Part shown: in pieces, positions 25,151-32,000 of the stretch
Layout: the number at the start of each line of letters is the position of its first letter
Numbering within the stretch: position 1 is the stretch's first letter
Source of the DNA: Bacteroidales bacterium
GTDB taxonomy: Bacteria; Bacteroidota; Bacteroidia; Bacteroidales; UBA932
NCBI GenBank assembly: GCA_036659275.1
Contig: JAVXCW010000008.1
Location: forward strand, 7,467-39,466
Direction of reading: 5' to 3'
Length of the DNA: 32,000 nt
The notes under the pieces: model-generated
The model's database searches: none
The model's input: only the letters and a program-made list of their open reading frames with translations
Told to the model about the DNA's origin: nothing
Position numbers and translations under genes: made by a program

Positions 25151-27784
25151 ATGAAAAGGATATTATTTGTTACATGGATTTTAGCAACGTTGTTTACTGC
25201 ATGTGTTAAAAATACTATTCCATATATTCCTCCAATAAGCGATAATTTTGATTGGAAAACAACAGAGGCTGTTTCTATCTCTATTCCAATAACTTTATCT
25301 AAAGTTTCTAGTTTTGCAATAAGCACAAAGTCGCAGGAATATGCATCAACTGTTCAAATATATTCATCGCCATTGTACTCAAAAGGCTCGTTAATTGCGT
25401 CTGGTGCTGCATACAGTGGAAAAGCCTTTGAAACTGTTATGGATTTGGCAAAGGGATGTAAGGAAGTATATGTGAAAATAATCTCCCCTAATGGGTTAGT
25501 TTCACTATCTACTTTTGATATTATTGGAAATAAAGCTGTTAAATCTAATGCAAAAAATAGATTTACAAAAGCTAACATAGAGAGTATAGGCGAGGAGCCT
25601 GCTATACCTACTCCTAATTTTCCAAAAAAATATGATGTTACAATTAATAGCACCTCAGATTTACCACCATATTTAACAGGCAATAAAACATATTTTATTC
25701 CTGCCGATAAAGAATTAGAAATAAATAGCGCAGGCTTATTTGCTAATTTAGATATAAAAACTCGCCCTGTGTTATATGTAAAAGGGGCTATTATTTTAAC
25801 AAATGATGTATTATCACCGCTCTCTTTTTGTTCTATTGTTGTGCTTAATGGAGGAAGTGTTAAATTTTCAGGACTGGTTGATATTAACAACACGGCCGAA
25901 AATCTCCTTGCTATATATGTTCAAGAAGATGGGGAGTTAATAATGAAAAAAGGATTTAATGCTCTAAAAAAAGGAGTAAGCATTGTTAACAAAGGAGAAG
26001 TGCATGTAAATTCACCAAGCTTATTAGGTGGCGGAGCCTTATTATATAATACTGGAGCATTTAATTTTACACAGGGAATTAATTTTACAGGAGCAGGATC
26101 TACTTGCTATAATTTTGGCGATATTGAAGCCGGTAAATTAACTTTAAATGCAGGAAGTACTTTTTATAACTATAAAAATGCTGAATTTGATTGTGAGAAT
26201 AAATTGTATATTGGAAGTTCAAGTTCTTTTAAAAATGAAGGTGATGTTGAGAGTGAAAATATAGAGATATTTTCCAATGCCTCTTTTTATAATTACAATT
26301 ATTTAAATGATAGAGGAAGTGTTGAAACAGAAATATTAACAATGAATAGCACTTCGAGCTCCCTTTATCAGCATGGTTTTTTTACTGTTGAGGAAAGTTT
26401 TTATGCTAAAGGGAAAATTGATAATTATGGAAGGCTAGAATGCAACGTAATTAGAGATGGGTCAACAGTTACATTTAATTGCTATGCAGGTTCTCTTTTA
26501 AAAACAACAAATTTATATAAATTATATAATGCTACGTTTTACATGGAGAGTGGCAGTATAGCGTATATATACAAGAATGGGAATGGTAAGGGTAACGGGG
26601 ATAATAGGAATGTTAAATTTATAAATAGAAACATGGATGGACAAGATTATGCTTTAATCTTGTGGGGAGTGAGCGATAAAAAGCCCGATAATACAATTAT
26701 AAATAGTAAAGATGAGATTTCCTTTTTAGGAAATATAGAAAATTACTGTCCAAAAAAGAATGATTCTCAAAATGCAAAATACACAGCTAATCTTTGCAAT
26801 AACTCTGCATATTGGGGTGGACGAGACCATTATATACCAGAAACAATATACAACGAGGGTTTAGGAAGTACTGGAGGGAAAGATCCGGTGGATGCAGATG
26901 GAGATGGCGTTCCACAGGGGACAGATGTAGATGATAACGATCCTACGGTTACGCATGTTTCTTATTTTCCGTCGGCAGGTACATGGGGTACATACTTTTT
27001 TGAAGATTTATGGCCATATACTGGAGACTATGATATGAATGATGTAGTTTTAGGATTTAGAATAGCATATTATACAAAAGGGGAGCTGTCTAAAGGGAAT
27101 AATATTGTTTATATAGATTTTAATTGGAAACTTAGAGCCGTTGGTGCCGGAATGGAGGCAGCTTGTGGAATTCAGTTAGATGATATTAGCCCTAATATGG
27201 TTGCAAATTTACAAAACGATAATCATTCACTTTCAAATGCTCCAATAAATACAAACAATAAAGGGATGGAATTGGGACAAAATGATGCAGTATTTGCATT
27301 ATTTAATAATCCTTCAGAGCTATATGGAGTAAGTAGTTGGATAAATGTTGTACACGATGTAAATGGCGCCACCGTTATTCCTTCTGAGAAAAATGTTAGA
27401 ATAAGATTTACTAATAGTATTCCAAAAGAACATTTGCTCATAAATAAAATTAATCCATTTATTGTTGTCTCAGAAACAGGATTGGAGAGGGGTAGAGAAA
27501 TACACCAATCTAATTATCCTCCTACCGACTTGGTTGATAAATCATATTATGGGCAGGGTTTTGTTAGTGATAAAGATGTATATAGGGCAAATAATGGAAT
27601 GGTTTGGGGATGTATGATTCCGCAAGAATTTAGATATATGCTAGAAATGCAGACCATAAGTAACGGATATCCTAATTTCCCTAAATGGTATCAATCTGCC
27701 GGGTTAGATCACATAGATTGGTATAACTCCTCAATTCCGGATAATGTAGTTGAGGAGTATCTATATGATAGTGAGTGGAAATAG
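25151..27784 (+). CDS. large lipoprotein: N-terminal beta-helix-like repeat region, TSP3-like acidic repeat, C-terminal LruC (DUF4842) domain
   Basis: 877 aa. Lipobox LFTAC. About 10 degenerate ~20-aa repeats of the form (G/S)SxFxNxGxhxh across aa ~270-470. DADGDGVPQGTDVDDNDP is followed by FPSAGTWGTYFFEDLWPYTGDYDMNDVVLGF, which I recognise as the start of LruC domains. Confidence 0.8.
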   Translation: MKRILFVTWILATLFTACVKNTIPYIPPISDNFDWKTTEAVSISIPITLSKVSSFAISTKSQEYASTVQIYSSPLYSKGSLIASGAAYSGKAFETVMDLAKGCKEVYVKIISPNGLVSLSTFDIIGNKAVKSNAKNRFTKANIESIGEEPAIPTPNFPKKYDVTINSTSDLPPYLTGNKTYFIPADKELEINSAGLFANLDIKTRPVLYVKGAIILTNDVLSPLSFCSIVVLNGGSVKFSGLVDINNTAENLLAIYVQEDGELIMKKGFNALKKGVSIVNKGEVHVNSPSLLGGGALLYNTGAFNFTQGINFTGAGSTCYNFGDIEAGKLTLNAGSTFYNYKNAEFDCENKLYIGSSSSFKNEGDVESENIEIFSNASFYNYNYLNDRGSVETEILTMNSTSSSLYQHGFFTVEESFYAKGKIDNYGRLECNVIRDGSTVTFNCYAGSLLKTTNLYKLYNATFYMESGSIAYIYKNGNGKGNGDNRNVKFINRNMDGQDYALILWGVSDKKPDNTIINSKDEISFLGNIENYCPKKNDSQNAKYTANLCNNSAYWGGRDHYIPETIYNEGLGSTGGKDPVDADGDGVPQGTDVDDNDPTVTHVSYFPSAGTWGTYFFEDLWPYTGDYDMNDVVLGFRIAYYTKGELSKGNNIVYIDFNWKLRAVGAGMEAACGIQLDDISPNMVANLQNDNHSLSNAPINTNNKGMELGQNDAVFALFNNPSELYGVSSWINVVHDVNGATVIPSEKNVRIRFTNSIPKEHLLINKINPFIVVSETGLERGREIHQSNYPPTDLVDKSYYGQGFVSDKDVYRANNGMVWGCMIPQEFRYMLEMQTISNGYPNFPKWYQSAGLDHIDWYNSSIPDNVVEEYLYDSEWK

Positions 27785-27792
27785 CAATAATA

Positions 27793-27816
27793 GTAAGGCT
27801 AGAATTCTAGCCTTAC
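27793..27816. terminator. perfect 24-nt palindrome between convergent genes (possible bidirectional terminator hairpin)
   Basis: GTAAGGCTAGAATTCTAGCCTTAC is its own reverse complement. It begins 9 nt after the + strand stop (27784) and covers the last two codons and the stop (E-F-TAG) of the - strand receptor gene. Neither side has a strong T-run. Confidence 0.4.
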
Positions 27817-30252
27817 TCCAAAATTGCAATTGCGCCCTTGTCCCCAATATCCTGTAAATGTATCCATACTATGATCTTTACCATCTTTGCCGCGTTCTAT
27901 GTAGTATGTGTCAAAGATATTGTTTAAATTAAAAAATATTCCTGCAATTAATTTCTTTCCAAATTTTTGGTTCCAATTTATTCCCAAATTCACTAAGTGA
28001 TATGCGGGTATTTTGTATGGATTATTATAATCGCTAGAATTTGTCCGGGTTGCAGGATCAAAATCGGACCAGTATCTATCATTATATTGCCAGTCAGCTT
28101 TTATAGATAGATCGGCATTTGTTATGAATTTATTTCCCGATAGCCCTTTTAGCGGTCTAATTTCCAAGTTTGCCCCTATCTGTGTTTGCGGAGCATCTCC
28201 AACCGGAAGTCCATTGCTATATACGTTTACTTCTTGTGCAATTTGTCCCGTATATTGGTCATAAATTTTTGCATTTACATTGTTTTTCCATTTCCAACTC
28301 CCAGTAGAAACAAAAGCAGATAATTTTAACCAATTTGTAAAGTTATGCCATGCATCAATTTCTATCCCATAATGGAGTGCATTAAGCCCTGTAATCATAA
28401 ATTTATAAGCATCCTCTTCTAATGGCTTATAAGGGTTACTCATAATTGACTTATTTTTCCAGTATGCACTATAAAAAGTGGCTTCAACTCCACCTTTATT
28501 ATAAATAAGTCGGTATCCAAGTTCCCCAAGTATATTTTTCTCGTTTTTCACTCCTTCCGAAATTGTATTATTTCCGTTAGCAAAATATACATTAGAATAT
28601 GGAACCCTACTATAAAATGCAGCATTTAGGTAAATGCTGTTTAATATATTTTTCCCTTTGCCTTCATTAAACTTATATAAAAATCCCCCTTTAACTGCAC
28701 CGCCAACTCCGTGAGCAACATTACTATAAATATTATTTATATAATTATACTTATCCCATCTTTGGTGTGATGATGTGTTTAGCGATCCGCCAAGTGTAAG
28801 AATCATTTTTTTAGGGCTATATGTAAGCATTCCATACACTGTACCGTAATTTAATATTTTACCATTGTGTGTACGAATATAATCCCCCTCTTTTTTCATT
28901 GGATTACGCCCTGCTTCACCGGCTAATGAGTTTTTTGCATAATCTTCATACCAATAATTGCCCCCTAAAAGATCTGTAATCTTCTCTTTTTCCCATGTTT
29001 CGTAGTGTTGATAATGTAATCCTCCATCGAGATTTAAATTATGACCCAAGTCTAATATAAAAGAGCTTTTTACACCAACCTGCGTATGCCCGGCCATGTA
29101 ATCGCTCATAATGTTTTGGGCAGATTCTTTTGCAGATATGTTATCTTCAAATACTCCGCGCCAATCTATATGCCCGTCTTTTTGATATGCAATAATTCTT
29201 TTTCCCTTGCTTTCTGTCCAATATCCGCCTCCGTCTCCTATTGTAAGATATACCGCACTATTAAGAGAGAAGTTTCTATTAAGGTTTTTTCCAACTTTTG
29301 TATTGTAAAAATGATTAAGGGTAAAATAGGGTTTAAAGTAGTTGTTTTTGTTAATTGTTTTTTGCGTAGTTTTACCATCGGGAGCCGTATAGTAGCCCCA
29401 ATTTTTATTATATTCTCGTCCATATTGTTCTACATCTGTGTAAGATAGGCGAGTGGAACGTTGAGAATGTTTCTCTGGAGAGCCTAAGGCTGTAAAAAGT
29501 AACGAGTGTTTTTTGTTTATTTTTTTGCTTATAGATGCCATATAAGCCCATGAATTTACATCTGTACATTCAACCCAGCTTTTTCCCCATACATAAGAGG
29601 CCAAAAGTGATATTGCCCATCCTTTTTTTAATTCTCCGCTATTGTAACTAATGTTGCCTTTAGAAGTGCCCCCCGATGTGTAATAATAGCTTAGATTAAA
29701 AGCCGGTGCGGAAGCAGGGCTTTTGGTTATTATATTTATAGTGCCTCCAACAGAATTATCGCTAAGCATAGAACCGCCAATTCCTTTTTGCACCTGTATT
29801 GTAGCTGTGGCGTCGGTAAGTCCAAGCCAGTTGTTCCAAAACATACTCCCACTTGTAAGCCCCGATATTGGAGTTCCGTTTAGTAATACCGAGATGTTCT
29901 CTTGTTTAAAACCACGGATATTTATTTTTGCATCTCCGTAACTACCTGTTTCTCCGGTAGCATATACACCCGGAATACTTTTTAATAATTCGGGATAAGT
30001 TTTACCGGGGGCAAGCGCTTGAATTTCTCCGGCATCAATACTTTTTAGCCTTAGTGGAGAATTCTTGGCATTTTTAATTCCTGCCGATACGGTAATCTCC
30101 TTAAGGAGTATGGCCGTAGAATCTTGTTTGTTTTTAATAATAGGTAAATTGTCCACATTTTTTGAGGCAAGAATTGCAGGAAATAGCAGTGCAAAAGCCA
30201 ATACTTTAGCACATTTTTTTGAGTTAGTAAAATAACTTGTTGATTTTAACAT
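27799..30252 (-). CDS. TonB-dependent outer-membrane receptor, candidate corrinoid (BtuB-like) transporter
   Basis: 817 aa. Signal sequence, then plug-domain motifs (LKEITVSA...SPLRLKSIDAGEI...IPGVYATGETGSYGDAKINIRGFKQENISVLLNGTPI). Beta-barrel ends in the terminal aromatic residue of GVRLEF. A cobalamin riboswitch sits in the 5' leader. Confidence 0.9.
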   Translation of the reverse strand: MLKSTSYFTNSKKCAKVLAFALLFPAILASKNVDNLPIIKNKQDSTAILLKEITVSAGIKNAKNSPLRLKSIDAGEIQALAPGKTYPELLKSIPGVYATGETGSYGDAKINIRGFKQENISVLLNGTPISGLTSGSMFWNNWLGLTDATATIQVQKGIGGSMLSDNSVGGTINIITKSPASAPAFNLSYYYTSGGTSKGNISYNSGELKKGWAISLLASYVWGKSWVECTDVNSWAYMASISKKINKKHSLLFTALGSPEKHSQRSTRLSYTDVEQYGREYNKNWGYYTAPDGKTTQKTINKNNYFKPYFTLNHFYNTKVGKNLNRNFSLNSAVYLTIGDGGGYWTESKGKRIIAYQKDGHIDWRGVFEDNISAKESAQNIMSDYMAGHTQVGVKSSFILDLGHNLNLDGGLHYQHYETWEKEKITDLLGGNYWYEDYAKNSLAGEAGRNPMKKEGDYIRTHNGKILNYGTVYGMLTYSPKKMILTLGGSLNTSSHQRWDKYNYINNIYSNVAHGVGGAVKGGFLYKFNEGKGKNILNSIYLNAAFYSRVPYSNVYFANGNNTISEGVKNEKNILGELGYRLIYNKGGVEATFYSAYWKNKSIMSNPYKPLEEDAYKFMITGLNALHYGIEIDAWHNFTNWLKLSAFVSTGSWKWKNNVNAKIYDQYTGQIAQEVNVYSNGLPVGDAPQTQIGANLEIRPLKGLSGNKFITNADLSIKADWQYNDRYWSDFDPATRTNSSDYNNPYKIPAYHLVNLGINWNQKFGKKLIAGIFFNLNNIFDTYYIERGKDGKDHSMDTFTGYWGQGRNCNFGVRLEF

Positions 30253-30370
30253 ACCTTAATTGTTACTTAATTTTAATTAATTATATGTATCAACAAGGCA
30301 TTGTAATGGAGCAGATTGGAACTATAAAGAGAGTAATATTTCTCTTTTTTTGTTCGCCAAAAATTGCTAT

Positions 30371-30400
30371 AAAAATGATATTTCATTACGGATATCACCC
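30371..30400 (-). terminator. candidate riboswitch expression-platform terminator hairpin
   Basis: - strand reads GGGTGATAT-CCGTAATGAA-ATATCATTTTTAT. That is 6 Watson-Crick pairs, extendable by G-U pairs, running into a U-tract, ~30 nt 3' of the aptamer. The stem is AT-rich and weak. Confidence 0.3.
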
Positions 30401-30430
30401 ATAAAATACCTTTTTATTACAGTTTTATGT

Positions 30431-30540
30431 CTTCTTCCATCCAGACTATACTGTTGGTTCCGTAGTTACAACGGATCAGCCTCTTTTAAGAGGGTCGCGG
30501 ACTATACCGCCAGTAGGGAATTTAACCCTGCCCTGAAGAT
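30431..30540 (-). promoter_or_regulatory. cobalamin (B12) riboswitch aptamer
   Basis: - strand reads TCTTCAGGGCAGGGTTAAATTCCCTACTGGCGGTATAGTCCGCGACCCTCTTAAAAGAGGCTGATCCGTTGTAACTACGGAACCAACAGTATAGTCTGGATGGAAGAAG. P1 is TCTTC/GAAGA. Hairpins are AGGG-TTAAATT-CCCT (GGTnAAAnTCC-type motif), GCGG-TATAGT-CCGC and TCCGT-TGTAACT-ACGGA. A B12-box-like AGTCTGGATGG is present. It lies upstream of a TonB-dependent receptor. Confidence 0.8.
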
Positions 30541-30548
30541 TTGTGCCG

Positions 30549-30556
30549 CAAAGATA
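30549..30556 (-). promoter_or_regulatory. candidate -7 promoter box driving the riboswitch and receptor transcript
   Basis: The - strand reads TATCTTTG, an exact TAnnTTTG match. Its final G is 9 nt upstream of the first P1 nucleotide, so the predicted start site falls just before the aptamer. Confidence 0.45.
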
Positions 30557-30656
30557 TATAAAAAGTTGAGATTAAGATACCGTTCTTGCAACTTTTATAC
30601 TAAATTGTTTTAGATTTTACTATCTTCGTGGAAAATAAGTAATAATTCCTAATATT

Positions 30657-32000
30657 ATGTATAAAAAGAGAAGAGAAATTTTGCAAAACACCGTTGGAAG
30701 CGGTATCCTACTATTTTTGGGCAATAGTGAAAGTCCTATGAATTATGCCGATAATCAATACCACTTTAGGCAAGATTCCACATTTTTGTACTATTTTGGT
30801 TTTAATAAAAATGCTGATATTGCAGCTGTTATAGATATTGATAACAATAGAGAAATTATATTTGGCGACGAACTTACCATAGACAGTATAGTTTGGACAG
30901 GTTTATTGCCTACAATTAAAGAACAGGCTAATAGCATATGTGTTAATGAAACTTTACCATTGCTTTCGCTAAATAGTTTTATTAAAGATGCCGTTAAGAT
31001 GGGGCGTAAAGTCCATTATTTGCCTCCATATAGAGCAGAACACAAGCTAAAATTAACAGAATTATTAGATATTCATCCTCTTGCTCAAGATGCAGGTAAA
31101 TCGGTTGAATTTATTAAGGCTGTTGTAAATCAACGTAACTATAAAAGTGTAGAGGAGATTGCGGAGATAGAGAAAGCGGTAAATATTTCGTATGATATGC
31201 ATCTTGCTGCAATGAAGGGGGCAAGAGCCGGGATGAAGGAATACGAAATTAAATCTATTATTCAAAGTGTTGCGCAAAGTAATGGCGGAGAACTTTCTTT
31301 TCCAATAATTTCTACCGTTCACGGAGAAACTTTGCATAATCATAATTATGAAAATACATTAAAAGAGGGGCAAATGCTTTTGATTGATGCCGGAGCCGAA
31401 TTGCCTAACGGATATTGCGGAGATCTTTCTTCAACTATTCCTGTGGGAAAACGGTTCACCGATAGACAAAAGATTATTTATGAGATAGTGTATAAATCTC
31501 ATTATGCAGCTGTTGCCGCTCTTAAGCCCGGAATTTCTTTTAAAGAAGTATATTATTTGGCTTGTCGTACAATATTTAATGGACTTAAAGAGATAGGACT
31601 TACCAAAGGCGATGCAAATGAGGCAGTTCTTGCCGGTGCAAATGCTCTGTTTTTTCAGTGTGGATTGGGACACATGATGGGGCTCGATGTGCATGATATG
31701 GAGAATCTTGGTGAGGTGTGGGTTGGCTATAATGGAGTTCCAAAATCAACTCAATTTGGAATAAAATCTCTAAGGTTAGCTCGTGATTTGGAACCTGGTT
31801 TTGTTCTTACAATTGAGCCGGGGATATATTTTATTCCTACTCTTATAGAGAAGTGGAAGACCGAAAATAGGTTTAGTGAATTTATCAACTATCGGGAAGT
31901 TGAAAAATGGATAGATTTTGGCGGTATAAGGAATGAGGAGGATTATTTAATTACTCCAACCGGCCATAGAATATTAGGAACTCCTATTTCTAAAAAAATT
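30657..32000 (+). CDS. M24B-family Xaa-Pro aminopeptidase (aminopeptidase P family), 3' end outside window
   Basis: ATG 30657 opens 448 codons that run to the window edge without a stop. Translation starts MYKKRREILQNTVGSGILLFLGN...YHFRQDSTFLYYFG (AMP_N-type N-domain). Metal-ligand motifs are LLIDAGAE, YCGDLSSTIP, GLGHMMGLDVHD, VLTIEPGIY and GIRNEEDYLIT. Absent from the supplied ORF track. Confidence 0.9.
   Translation, partial: MYKKRREILQNTVGSGILLFLGNSESPMNYADNQYHFRQDSTFLYYFGFNKNADIAAVIDIDNNREIIFGDELTIDSIVWTGLLPTIKEQANSICVNETLPLLSLNSFIKDAVKMGRKVHYLPPYRAEHKLKLTELLDIHPLAQDAGKSVEFIKAVVNQRNYKSVEEIAEIEKAVNISYDMHLAAMKGARAGMKEYEIKSIIQSVAQSNGGELSFPIISTVHGETLHNHNYENTLKEGQMLLIDAGAELPNGYCGDLSSTIPVGKRFTDRQKIIYEIVYKSHYAAVAALKPGISFKEVYYLACRTIFNGLKEIGLTKGDANEAVLAGANALFFQCGLGHMMGLDVHDMENLGEVWVGYNGVPKSTQFGIKSLRLARDLEPGFVLTIEPGIYFIPTLIEKWKTENRFSEFINYREVEKWIDFGGIRNEEDYLITPTGHRILGTPISKKI

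Noticed and set aside
25354-25893. 179-aa - strand ORF inside the LruC-domain gene
   Set aside because: It is fully nested antisense within an uninterrupted 877-codon + strand ORF that has a lipoprotein signal and a recognisable C-terminal domain. It has no motifs of its own and is most likely a shadow ORF. It is long for AT-rich DNA, so ribosome-profiling data would be the only reason to revisit it.
30326-30351. + strand terminator-like hairpin AAAGAGA-GTAATATT-TCTCTTT followed by TTTTT
   Set aside because: Nothing is transcribed on the + strand upstream of it except antisense to the receptor gene. It is treated instead as part of the - strand riboswitch leader. An antisense-transcript terminator cannot be excluded.
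30350-30613. 87-aa + strand ORF in the supplied track
   Set aside because: It lies exactly opposite the cobalamin riboswitch and its promoter. It has an odd Cys/Arg/Tyr-rich composition, no recognisable motif and no plausible promoter context. The riboswitch explains the conservation-like structure of this DNA.
31065-31694. - strand ORFs 31065-31343 and 31431-31694
   Set aside because: Both are antisense to the unlisted but well-supported M24B aminopeptidase frame.

Overview
AT-rich chromosomal window from a Bacteroidota (Bacteroidia-like) genome, densely coding and mostly on the + strand. Order of content: (1) the rplW'-rplB-rpsS-rplV-rpsC part of the S10 ribosomal-protein operon, which ends unusually at an intrinsic terminator right after rpsC. 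(2) A polysaccharide-utilisation locus (PUL): a membrane-spanning TPR/LuxR-HTH regulator, a SusC/SusD pair, then four hydrolases in the order GH63-like, GH2, GH2, GH63-like. (3) A split LysO/DUF340 membrane-protein pair. (4) A galactose cluster, galK - unassigned sugar-phosphate nucleotidyltransferase - galM, with no GalT in the window. (5) A secreted beta-lactamase-fold serine hydrolase. (6) An 877-aa lipoprotein with beta-helix-like repeats, a TSP3-like acidic repeat and an LruC domain. (7) A convergent 817-aa TonB-dependent receptor on the - strand, preceded by a cobalamin riboswitch that the spurious ORF 30350-30613 hides. (8) A 3'-truncated M24B Xaa-Pro aminopeptidase gene, absent from the supplied ORF track because it runs off the window. 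I saw no rRNA, tRNA, CRISPR array, transposase, integrase or recognisable defence genes. The best candidates for undescribed biology are the TPR-TM-LuxR regulator with its GH63/GH2 PUL, the nucleotidyltransferase in the GalT position, and the riboswitch-controlled orphan receptor. All family assignments come from motif recognition by eye; no database search was run.
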